Shown one piece after another: positions 44,262 through 53,081 of a stretch of 64,000 bases of DNA. The position numbers were made by a program, and so were the translations under genes. Within the stretch, counting starts at the first letter, position 1; each line of letters opens with the position of its first letter. A model generated the notes under the pieces. That model saw nothing but the letters and a program-made list of their open reading frames with translations, searched no databases and had not been told where the DNA came from. The stretch comes from a virus. The stretch lies in the IMG/VR virus record IMGVR_UViG_3300031616_000001, positions 32,001 through 96,000 of that record; one strand, 5' to 3'.

Positions 44262-46832
44262 TCAGGTCGAGGCGGCCTCGCTGCAGGTCTGCGGCGCCGA
44301 GTCCGCGGCCGCGAAGTACCGCGCGGCGCCGGCATCGATCACGGCGACCATCGCCGCGCGTTCGTCGCCGCGGACGGCGGCCAGGTCGCGCAACCGGCTC
44401 ACAGCGGCGCGATACGCGGCCGTCAGCGCGCCGCCGTCGGATTCCGTGGCCAGGGCACCGCCGCACGTCTCCAGGCGCTCAGCGGCCCGCATGATCTCCT
44501 CGCGGGTTACGGTTCCGTCCGCCCAGGCCTCGCACTTGCGCAACTGGTTGTGCGTGATCGCCGCCACTTGATCTGACGACAGCACCGGGCTGCGCGGCTG
44601 CATGCCGTCGAGCGCATCGGCCGGCATCGAGGTCTTGCCCTGGTCGTCGCGGTGCGCGAGGATCAATTCGCCGCCTTGGATCAGCAGCAGGCCGACGCCC
44701 GGGTGTGCCTCCATGTACGCATTCGCGGCGTCGACCTCGGCTTCCGGGAAGCGCGCGACAGCACGGAACCAGCGGCCGCACGTGGCGACGTAATCGGGAG
44801 CGGCGGCGACGCTGACCGATTCGCCGGGCGGGGGTGCGTCCTTCGCTGGCGCTTCGAGCACGACCAGCACCGTATGCACACCGGTGCCAGAGGTCTCGAA
44901 CGTGCCGGACGGCAGCGCCTCGATGCTGCTGCCGAGGCGCTCGACCAGCGCGCGAAAGTCTCGGGTCTTCCGATCGGATCTGAAGCTAACACCGGCCGAC
45001 ATGATCGCGACCAAGCGACCGCCCGGCGCCAGGAACTGCAACGCGTGGTTCACGTGGTCGACGTCTGCGCCCTTGGCGAAGGGCGGGTTCATCAGGATCG
45101 CGTGAAAGTGGCTGCCGAGGGTCGCGATCGAGCACGCCAGGAAGTCACCGACCGCGAGCCGATCGACGCGCGAGCGCACGCCATCCGCCAAGGCGTGATT
45201 GATCTCCACGGCCGTGATGTGCTTCGCGTGGCCCTCGGCGAGGATCGCGTCGACGAGTCGGCCAGTGCCTGCGCTCGGTTCGAGCACGTAGTCGCCCTGC
45301 GTGATGTTGGCAAGCTCCACCATGCGGACCGCCAGCTCGGGCGGCGTCGGGAATAACTGCGGCGCGCTGACCACCTTAACGCCGGCCTTCAAGCTGTCGC
45401 GCATGGCTTGGAACTGATCGCGCTGTGAGTCCGTAGCCAGGGGGGCGGATTGCGTAGGTACGTGGGGCAGGGCGGCCGGCTCGATCTGGCGCTCGAACTT
45501 CGCCGGCTCGGCGGGGGCCTTCGGCTCGCTGTTCCACGGCCCGCGCGCGCGCCCCTTCGGCAGTGCGCCCGGCGCCGCTGGCGTGGATTCCTTCGCATCG
45601 GTCAGGAACACCGGAACGCGCTTCCAGCCGCCCGCGCTGCTGCACGCGGTGCGGTGCCGATGCTCGACCGCTTCGGGCGTGGCTTTGATCTTGTCCACGA
45701 AATAGGAATCGCTGCACCGGGTCGCGCGCTTCCATTCCTCCGCGGTCATTTCCTTGCAGTCGTCTGTGCGATAGTTGCACAGCGGTGCCAGCTTGGACAC
45801 GGCCGCCACCTTGGCCACTTCTTCCGGCTCAGGCGCGCGGTAATCCTTGACCTCCTCGATGCCGCGCACGTTGACATAGCGCGCCGTGGTCGTGAGGCTC
45901 ACAACCTTGCCGCCGCTCTTGTTGATGCGCAGGACCACGCACCACTCGGCGCCGATCAGCACACGCCCGCCAATCTGGATGTCGAATTGCTCCGCCGCGA
46001 TCCCGCCGGAGTCCCCCAGCATCGCGCGCTCGTACTCCAGGCGGTTGCCGATGTGATCGAGCCAGCGGCGCGCGTGCGCGATCATGGCTTCGCACTGCAC
46101 CAGCGATTCACGCCAAGCGGTGTCACCGTGCATGCGGCCGGCGCTCAGTTCCGAATAGATGCCATACGAGCCGACCGAGATTCGACCGGCGAAAAACGTC
46201 GCCACTGCGGTCTGTTTGTCCCACTCGTAGCGCGGGATTTTCTGCCACGTGCGCGCCGCCGCCTCGTGATCATCAACGGTCTTCTGTTGCTTGCGCTGGT
46301 CTGACTCCAAGCCCTTGATGCGACGATGGCGCACGCCCGGGTCTTCCTTGTACTTGGCATGGCGCAGCGCACCGGCCGCGCGTGCCTTCCAGTAGGCCGA
46401 GGTCTCGAACGCCTTCACGGCCTTGCGCATGCCGTTCTCGATGCGCTCGGCATCCTTGCGCGCGTGCCGCTCGGAATGGTGGCCGACGAGGATCGGCTGG
46501 CCCAGCGGGATACCGTCCGTGATCTTGCGCACGTGCTCGGCCAAGTAGACCGCCTCGGCGCCGCGCTTGTCTTCATACTCCCCGAAGCGCTCCGCGCGTT
46601 CTTCCGCGCGGTCCATCAGCGAACGGTCGTCGTCCTCGATCTCGGCGGCCAGCTCGATGCAAAGATCGGCGCGGCCCGGCGTCCACATCGGCGCAATGAA
46701 TTGCTCTTGCTTCGGGGCCCAGGCAAAGCCTGCGGCCTTGACACGGGCGTAGGTGTCGGCGTCCAGGCGAGCCGATGCGGTCAACCGCAATTTGTTGTCG
46801 TCGGGCGAATACGTGGCGGTATAGGTGGTCAT
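44262..46832 (-). CDS. DUF3560 domain fused to adenine-type methyltransferase
   Basis: ATYSPDDNKLRL, GQPILVGHHSE; FPTP, VLEPSAGTG, MNPPF. Confidence 0.9.
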   Translation of the reverse strand: MTTYTATYSPDDNKLRLTASARLDADTYARVKAAGFAWAPKQEQFIAPMWTPGRADLCIELAAEIEDDDRSLMDRAEERAERFGEYEDKRGAEAVYLAEHVRKITDGIPLGQPILVGHHSERHARKDAERIENGMRKAVKAFETSAYWKARAAGALRHAKYKEDPGVRHRRIKGLESDQRKQQKTVDDHEAAARTWQKIPRYEWDKQTAVATFFAGRISVGSYGIYSELSAGRMHGDTAWRESLVQCEAMIAHARRWLDHIGNRLEYERAMLGDSGGIAAEQFDIQIGGRVLIGAEWCVVLRINKSGGKVVSLTTTARYVNVRGIEEVKDYRAPEPEEVAKVAAVSKLAPLCNYRTDDCKEMTAEEWKRATRCSDSYFVDKIKATPEAVEHRHRTACSSAGGWKRVPVFLTDAKESTPAAPGALPKGRARGPWNSEPKAPAEPAKFERQIEPAALPHVPTQSAPLATDSQRDQFQAMRDSLKAGVKVVSAPQLFPTPPELAVRMVELANITQGDYVLEPSAGTGRLVDAILAEGHAKHITAVEINHALADGVRSRVDRLAVGDFLACSIATLGSHFHAILMNPPFAKGADVDHVNHALQFLAPGGRLVAIMSAGVSFRSDRKTRDFRALVERLGSSIEALPSGTFETSGTGVHTVLVVLEAPAKDAPPPGESVSVAAAPDYVATCGRWFRAVARFPEAEVDAANAYMEAHPGVGLLLIQGGELILAHRDDQGKTSMPADALDGMQPRSPVLSSDQVAAITHNQLRKCEAWADGTVTREEIMRAAERLETCGGALATESDGGALTAAYRAAVSRLRDLAAVRGDERAAMVAVIDAGAARYFAAADSAPQTCSEAAST

Positions 46833-46923
46833 GGTGAGGCTCCTTGATGCTGCGCCCGTTGGTGGGCGTGATGGGTTTGGAGTGCGTAGGCAGGGGGTGT
46901 GCAGGAATGCGTAGCCAGGGGTT

Positions 46924-48222
46924 TCAGACCGCGCGGTTCTTGTTGCGCTCGTGGCTGGCCCATTCGAGCAACTTCGTGCCGAACTGCATGGCTTGGCCGG
47001 GTTGCGTCAGATCGAAGTCGATGTCGTTGTCGGCGTGGCCGATGGGCAGTTCGTCGTGCAGCTTGGCGCCGGTGTCCGCGATGACCTCTGCCACTTGCTG
47101 CTCAGAGTCCGCGCGCACCCAATACACCCGGTCGTCGGTGTCGTCGGTGCCGCCGTCGAATCCCGCGGCCGTAACTTCCCAGACGTGCGAGCGCGGCGCG
47201 TGCTTCGCGTCGAAGGCCTTCACCAGCCCCGGCAGTGCGGCGTGGTCGGTGCGCTCGATGTCTTCGACGTGGTTGCCGTCGGCATCGTGAATCGCAAACG
47301 TGCAGGGGATCGGCTCGGCGTCGGCCAGGGCGCGGCCGTCGATGCGCGCATCGCTCAGCGTCGTGCACTCCGCTACGGTTTGCTCGCCGTCGATCATCAC
47401 GTAGAACGGGCCGCGGGGGCGTGCGCCGGCCGCGAGCCGCGCCAGGGCATAGGCATGCACCGGCGAGCCGACGGCAGCCATGCGGGTGACGTAGGCGTGG
47501 GCGTCGTCGTCGCTGGCGAATCGGTTCTGTTCGTCGTCGCGCTGCAGGTCGCGGTCGTCGTTGAACAGCGCCCAGCCCTCGGCCTGACCCAGCGCGCCGA
47601 GTGCGGCGGCGAGTTCCTTCGCGCATTCCTCCCAGCGGTCCCAGCGCTCGCAGTAGTCGCGCAGCCATTCGCGATGGATGCTGTTCTGCAGCACGTCGGA
47701 AACGTGCTGGTCGTCTTCGAGTTCTGCCAGCAGCTCATCAGCGCTCTTGAAGGGCAGGCCGTGCGCCTCGCAATACGCTTCGAGTTCGTCGCAGAGCGCG
47801 GCCTCGCTCGGCAGCTCGGGCGCGACCTCTGAGCGGTCGCCGATCACCGCACGCACGGCGGCGAGCAGCACCGGCACGCCATCCTGTGTGTCGTCGTCTT
47901 CGAACCCGGCAATGAAGGCCTCGCAGCGCTGCAGCAGCGGGATTGCCAGCGCGACCGGCGCGGCCTCGTCGTTCTCGTCGCTGGTGTACGTGGGAATCGT
48001 CGCGTTCGCGAAGAACTGTTCGGCCGCGCTGAGCCATGCGCCTTGCTCGTCGGTGCAGGTCGGACCCGTCTCGATGTCGCCCACCTGCGGCGCACGCGTG
48101 AACCAGCGCGCGGACATGCCCAGGTCCGGCCGGTCGTCGGCTTCGCCTTCGTGCACGGCATAGCCGGCGGCCTGCAGCAGTTGAATCAGGCGGTCTGCGA
48201 TGTCGGATCGATTGGTGCTCAT
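46924..48222 (-). CDS. Acidic multi-module hypothetical protein
   Basis: 432 aa, D/E-rich; AAGGAG RBS. Confidence 0.7.
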   Translation of the reverse strand: MSTNRSDIADRLIQLLQAAGYAVHEGEADDRPDLGMSARWFTRAPQVGDIETGPTCTDEQGAWLSAAEQFFANATIPTYTSDENDEAAPVALAIPLLQRCEAFIAGFEDDDTQDGVPVLLAAVRAVIGDRSEVAPELPSEAALCDELEAYCEAHGLPFKSADELLAELEDDQHVSDVLQNSIHREWLRDYCERWDRWEECAKELAAALGALGQAEGWALFNDDRDLQRDDEQNRFASDDDAHAYVTRMAAVGSPVHAYALARLAAGARPRGPFYVMIDGEQTVAECTTLSDARIDGRALADAEPIPCTFAIHDADGNHVEDIERTDHAALPGLVKAFDAKHAPRSHVWEVTAAGFDGGTDDTDDRVYWVRADSEQQVAEVIADTGAKLHDELPIGHADNDIDFDLTQPGQAMQFGTKLLEWASHERNKNRAV

Positions 48223-48294
48223 GAGTGGTTCTCCTTGATGCTTCGCGCTCGTCGCGCGTGATGGGTTTGGAAACTGGAATGCGTAGTCGGAGGG

Positions 48295-48441
48295 CTACTG
48301 ACGGTCGATCCAGTCTTCGCGGCGTTCGTCGTGCGTCAGCGCTTCGGCGCGTTTGCGGTCGGCGCGAATCGATCGCGCAACCGCGATGCCGGCCCAGAGA
48401 ATGGCCGCAGCAGCGGCGCCGATCACGAGGTATTCAGTCAT
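48295..48441 (-). CDS. Small membrane protein
   Basis: MTEYLVIGAAAAAILWAGIAV. Confidence 0.45.
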   Translation of the reverse strand: MTEYLVIGAAAAAILWAGIAVARSIRADRKRAEALTHDERREDWIDRQ

Positions 48442-48899
48442 CAGTCTTCCTTGGGTTGTGCCGTGGTGGCGGCGTTGAGATTGCGTAGGCAGGGGTAGGG
48501 CAGCGCGGATTCTGGGGCAGCCGGCGTGTGCTTGGTGCGCGGCGCTGGCACGGCGCGATTGAGGAACGCGCGCGCCTCTCGGAACGCGCGACGATGCGCG
48601 CGCCCGCGTTTCGCGCATGCCTTGGCGCCCTCGTGCTCGCCATCCTTGCGATTGCGCTCGGCGGTGTACTCCTGTTCATCTGCGGCGCAGTCGGCAGCAT
48701 CGATCAACGCCGACAGAAGCGCGACCGGCACGATCACATTGACCGGCCCGCCGCTCACGTAGCGGATACCGGAGCGGATGCTTTCGTCGTCGTTGAACGT
48801 ATCGAGCAGATGCAGCGCGGCGCCTTCGCCGGTCTCGTCGGCTTCGGCCTGCGTCTTGGCCTTGATGGTCAGTTCGAGAATCGTGCGGAAGTTGGGCAT
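48441..48899 (-). CDS. Hypothetical protein
   Basis: AGGAGG RBS. Confidence 0.55.
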   Translation of the reverse strand: MPNFRTILELTIKAKTQAEADETGEGAALHLLDTFNDDESIRSGIRYVSGGPVNVIVPVALLSALIDAADCAADEQEYTAERNRKDGEHEGAKACAKRGRAHRRAFREARAFLNRAVPAPRTKHTPAAPESALPYPCLRNLNAATTAQPKED

Positions 48900-48951
48900 G
48901 GGTTCCTCCTGTGAATGCGTAGCGGGGGGCGCGGAATGCGTAGCCAGGGGC

Positions 48952-49407
48952 TCAGGCCTTGGCCCGTTGCGTGCGGCGATAGCGACGGAGTTCGCGCAGC
49001 GCATCGGCGACGTATGCGCGCGAGCGCTCCACGTTGATTGCAAGGCACCATTTCGGAAACTCGCGGCACTTGCGGTCGGCGTAAACCTTGATCGTCGCGT
49101 TCGGGAAGTCGTAGCTTTTGAGCATGGCCCTCTCCTCGGTTTCGTTGACAGCGGCCGGCGCGTCGAGCGTGCAGGCTTGAATCGCGGCAATCACTCGGGC
49201 GCGCCGATGGTGCGGCGGGTAGCGCGCCTCGATGCGCTCGCACCAGTCCAGCGGCGTGACGCGCTCGCCGGGTTCGATCAGGAACGCGAACACGTCACAG
49301 GCATGGCGGAACGTCTTCAGCACGTGCGGCGGAATGCTGGCCGCGGGTTGCATGGGAACCTGCAGGCCGCCGCGATGCGTACGCATGATCCAGACCGCCG
49401 TGCTCAC
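48952..49407 (-). CDS. Hypothetical protein
   Basis: Coupled GTG start. Confidence 0.5.
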   Translation of the reverse strand: MSTAVWIMRTHRGGLQVPMQPAASIPPHVLKTFRHACDVFAFLIEPGERVTPLDWCERIEARYPPHHRRARVIAAIQACTLDAPAAVNETEERAMLKSYDFPNATIKVYADRKCREFPKWCLAINVERSRAYVADALRELRRYRRTQRAKA

Positions 49408-51722
49408 CGCGCACCCCCGGCGCGGAGCACGTACACCGGCGCGAAGCGCGCGGGAATGCGTAGGCGGGGATCACCGGGCGGAATGCGTAGGCGGGGGGCA
49501 GCCGACACCGCGGCGCGTGCGCGCTCGCGCAGGGCTTCGCGGTCGAAGTCGGCCAGGGCATCGGGGCCCAGCTCGGAGACCTCGAGGCCGTCGAGATTCG
49601 GAAGCGCCTCGGGTTCCGGCGTCGCGGTTCCAATTTCCCGGGCAGGGGATACGGAAACGCGAAGCCACTCGGACCAGTTATCGGCGCCGAACACCTCTTT
49701 GGCTGCTACGTCGGCGGCAGGCTGCGAGGGCTCGGATTGCGTAGGCAGGGGGATGGCTTCCGCATTGGATTGCGTAGCCGGGGGGCGCGACTCGCGCGCA
49801 TGCTCCGCCAGGGCATCGGCCAGGGCTCGCGCTTCATCTGCGGCATCGGCGCGCAGGTCTGCGGCGCGGCCGTGCTGAGCGATGCGCTGCAGGTGCGCCA
49901 GGACGGCCGGAGCGGCGGACAGATTGCCGGCCCGCGCTTCCGCGATGGCTGACCCGCGGCCGGAGTCCGGAGCCCATACCATGGAAGCGCGCGCCAGCGT
50001 CGCCGCCGCGGATTTCATCTGCGCGACCGCGACGGTATGCGCGAACTCGGCGGGGGATACGTGGTGCACTGTCACTGCAGGTGCGGCCACCGGCCGGGAT
50101 TGCGTAGGCAGGGGGGTGAGAGTCTCGGCGGCCAGCTCGCGCAAGACTTCCGCGCGCCGATGGTTGCCGATCGAATCCGCGGCATTGGCGCGCGTCGCGA
50201 ACCGCTTCGCCGCGCGATCTGCCAGGATTGCCCGCGCGACGCTGGCGCGGAGTGCATTGGCCGCGTCGCTGCGGTACTCGGCGAAAGCGCGGAAGGTCTG
50301 CAGCGGGTCGGCCGCATCTGTAGGCGTCGCGGTTTCGAACCGTCCGAGTAGCGCGCGGGCCCGGGTGAACGTCTGGCAGTGCACGCGATAGACCGCGCCG
50401 GCCATGGCGGGCGCATTGCAGCGCGCGCGCGCCGGCCCGCAGTCCATGCGCGCGGATTCGCGCAGCGCGGCGCCGGGATGGCCGCGGAAGGCTTCCGGAA
50501 GCGGTTCCGCCCAGACGCGCGCCGCATAGTCTGAGAATTGAGCCGATACGGCGCGCATGCCGCGCGCGGCGGCCATGGCGCGCAGCTCGGCGAATCCGGC
50601 TTCACTGTCGGCGCCAGTCAAGCCCGGGCCGGCGCACTCGAAAAACCGGGATTCGATGCGCTGCGAATCGGTGCCGATCAGATGGAGTTCGAACCGATAC
50701 CGCGGCGCGTCGGCATTGGCGGCCGTGGGCGCGTCCGGCGCGGATTGCGCGGCCACGATATCGGCCGGCGCGCTGGCGTGCACTGGCGCCGCGGTTTCGT
50801 CGCTGGCGTCGGCATCGGCGGCCATGTAGTGAGCCAGCGCGGCGGATTGATCGAATGCGGCCAAACCGGCCACCGCGCGCGCCACGCGCTCGCGGAACGC
50901 GTCTTCGGCCATCTTCGATTCGATCCATGCCAGGGCCAAGGAATGTGACTTGAAACCGTCGGCCGGCGCGCCAGTCTTGACGGTATCGACGCCAAGGCCC
51001 GACGGCGTGTGCATCACGTGGAACTTCCCGCCGTCGATAGAGCGTGCCAGGGTGAACGCATGGCCGCCGATCTCGACTGATTCGGCGGCCATGTAGGGCC
51101 GAGGGCCGGCTCCGGACGAAACGCCAAAGTACAGCGCGCCGCGACTCGCGGCCAGCTGCAGCGCGCCGGCATAGTCGCGGGCTTCCCACATGGCACGCGC
51201 GGCCACGTGCGGCGCCGACGCGGCCGGCTTCGAAGGCTTCGCCGCGCGCCGCGCTTTGCCATCAAACGCGCCGCGGTTCGCGTGGACCTTGTCAGCCAGG
51301 ACGAGAAGCGCGCCGCGCAGATTCGCGACCGTCAGGGAACCGCGCGCGCCGTCCGGCGTGCCGTAGGCGAATGTCGCCCGCGCGTTATCGCGTGCGGCCA
51401 GGAACGGCCCGGGCTTCTCGGGATGCGTCAGCATGCGCGGCCATTTGCTGGCCGGCCCTTCGGTTTCGATCTCGATCGATGCCGCGCCGAGCACTGGCAT
51501 GTAGAAGACCGCGCCGGTTTCATGTTCGGCAGGAACAGTGAACGGATACAGCCCGGGCGCGTAGCGGTCCGGGAATTCGCATTCCGGAGCGAACTCGGGC
51601 GCCAGCTCTGCAGCGGCGCGAATCGCGGCGCACAGTGCAGCGGCGCCGCTGTAGCGCGTCGCCGCGTATGCCAGGGTGGCGGAGGTGTTCGCGCTGCGCG
51701 CGGGGGTGAAAGTGGTTGTCAT
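49404..51722 (-). CDS. Large Ala-rich hypothetical protein
   Basis: 772 aa; AAGGA RBS. Confidence 0.65.
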   Translation of the reverse strand: MTTTFTPARSANTSATLAYAATRYSGAAALCAAIRAAAELAPEFAPECEFPDRYAPGLYPFTVPAEHETGAVFYMPVLGAASIEIETEGPASKWPRMLTHPEKPGPFLAARDNARATFAYGTPDGARGSLTVANLRGALLVLADKVHANRGAFDGKARRAAKPSKPAASAPHVAARAMWEARDYAGALQLAASRGALYFGVSSGAGPRPYMAAESVEIGGHAFTLARSIDGGKFHVMHTPSGLGVDTVKTGAPADGFKSHSLALAWIESKMAEDAFRERVARAVAGLAAFDQSAALAHYMAADADASDETAAPVHASAPADIVAAQSAPDAPTAANADAPRYRFELHLIGTDSQRIESRFFECAGPGLTGADSEAGFAELRAMAAARGMRAVSAQFSDYAARVWAEPLPEAFRGHPGAALRESARMDCGPARARCNAPAMAGAVYRVHCQTFTRARALLGRFETATPTDAADPLQTFRAFAEYRSDAANALRASVARAILADRAAKRFATRANAADSIGNHRRAEVLRELAAETLTPLPTQSRPVAAPAVTVHHVSPAEFAHTVAVAQMKSAAATLARASMVWAPDSGRGSAIAEARAGNLSAAPAVLAHLQRIAQHGRAADLRADAADEARALADALAEHARESRPPATQSNAEAIPLPTQSEPSQPAADVAAKEVFGADNWSEWLRVSVSPAREIGTATPEPEALPNLDGLEVSELGPDALADFDREALRERARAAVSAAPRLRIPPGDPRLRIPARFAPVYVLRAGGAR

Positions 51723-51855
51723 GGCTTCGAATCCTTGAAGGCTTCGCGCGGTGCGCGCGTGCAGGGTTTAGGGTTCCGGGATAGTGCTTTCGCACTGGCA
51801 AGCGCGGCGCGCCATGCTTGCCAGTGCGGCCGGCGCGTGGCCGGCCGGCGCGCGT

Positions 51856-52179
51856 CTAGTGCCGACTCCATGTCGCGCCGCTGTCGTGCGAGTGCAAGCC
51901 CGAGGCAATCGCACGCGGGTCCATGCGGTTCCCGGACAGCGCTTCCGCGCGGAGCAGGGCGCGCCGCACTTCCGGCGTGTGCGAAACCGCGCGGTACGCG
52001 CAGAGGTCCGAAACCCCTTCGCGGTCGGCGTCAAGCCATCCCGCGAACGAAACCGAGCCGGCGCGGCCGATAACCACTTTCACGGCGCCGGCCCCGATGG
52101 CCGCGACAAGCTTTTCGAGCGCGGTGCGCTGGCGCGCCTTTGCGGCCGGCGTCAGATTTGTCTGTGTAATGCATGGCAT
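51856..52179 (-). CDS. Hypothetical protein of the AAA-ATPase module
   Basis: GAGGG RBS; GVSDLCAYR. Confidence 0.6.
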   Translation of the reverse strand: MPCITQTNLTPAAKARQRTALEKLVAAIGAGAVKVVIGRAGSVSFAGWLDADREGVSDLCAYRAVSHTPEVRRALLRAEALSGNRMDPRAIASGLHSHDSGATWSRH

Positions 52180-52189
52180 GGCCGGCCCC

Positions 52190-53050
52190 TCAGATTTCAA
52201 GCGCGGCCTGCGGCGCGTAGACGGGAACGGGGAACCATGCCACGGCCGGCGGCGTCTCGAAGTCAATCGAGGGAACCGGGCCGACTTCCACGGCCGGCGC
52301 ATCATCCGTGGGCGCGAGATCGATGGCCGGCGCGAAGATGTCAACCGGCGCGGCATCCGCGGCCGGCACGCTGTCCACGTCGAGCACGGCAAACCGCGCG
52401 GCTTTCAAGGCTTCGAGCTGCAGCCCCTGCACGACACTTGCCGCGGTTTCCCCGGAGCGCTCGACGCGGCGAACAATGTCGCGCGCCACGCTACGCACTT
52501 CGGCAATCGCTGCACTCACGGCCGCCGCGGTGTCGGTCGACAGCATGCCCGACAGTTCGCGGGCTTTGTTCGCGGCTTCGCGAATCGCGGCCGGGTCTGC
52601 GTTCCGCACGCCGCGCTCCATGGCTTCGATAAGGTCGCGCACCTCGGACCCGATGGCCGCCGCGGCTTCCGTATCACTGTCGGCGATGCGGCCGGCAATC
52701 ACGAACACGTCGAGACGCGAGAAGCGCGCGCCGCGGTTGAATTCGTCAGCCACGCGGCGCGCTTCCGCGATGCCGTCAGAAAGTGCGGATTCATTGGACG
52801 ACGGGCAGAGAAGCCCGAAAGTCGAGGCACAGCAGGTCCGCAGGATCGCGGTACGCGCGAGGCCGCGCGCTCTCACTGCGGAGTCGTGCTCCGCGGCGTC
52901 GGCGATCTCGCGGCGCGTGCGCCACTCCGCCACGCGTGCCTCGCCCTGCAGGTGATCGGATTCGATGGTCTCGGTTTGATACGAGACGCCGCCGCGGATA
53001 GTGGTTTTGAGGGAGACGAGAAGCCCGGGGCGGATGATTGAAGTTTGCAT
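52190..53050 (-). CDS. Helical hypothetical protein of the AAA-ATPase module
   Basis: 286 aa directly after ATPase. Confidence 0.65.
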   Translation of the reverse strand: MQTSIIRPGLLVSLKTTIRGGVSYQTETIESDHLQGEARVAEWRTRREIADAAEHDSAVRARGLARTAILRTCCASTFGLLCPSSNESALSDGIAEARRVADEFNRGARFSRLDVFVIAGRIADSDTEAAAAIGSEVRDLIEAMERGVRNADPAAIREAANKARELSGMLSTDTAAAVSAAIAEVRSVARDIVRRVERSGETAASVVQGLQLEALKAARFAVLDVDSVPAADAAPVDIFAPAIDLAPTDDAPAVEVGPVPSIDFETPPAVAWFPVPVYAPQAALEI

Positions 53051-53081
53051 GATCGAATTCCTTCCGTAGTGGTGTCAGGGA

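Larger units (their letters stand above)
41498..50116 (+). repeat. Dispersed co-oriented motif GGAWTGCGTAGSCRGGGG, about 20 copies
   Basis: TGCGTAG cores at 41502, 41729, 42108, 42560, 42587, 43735, 44216, 44246, 45451, 46883, 46908, 48280, 48482, 48916, 48937, 49457, 49484, 49738, 49771, 50101. Confidence 0.9.
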
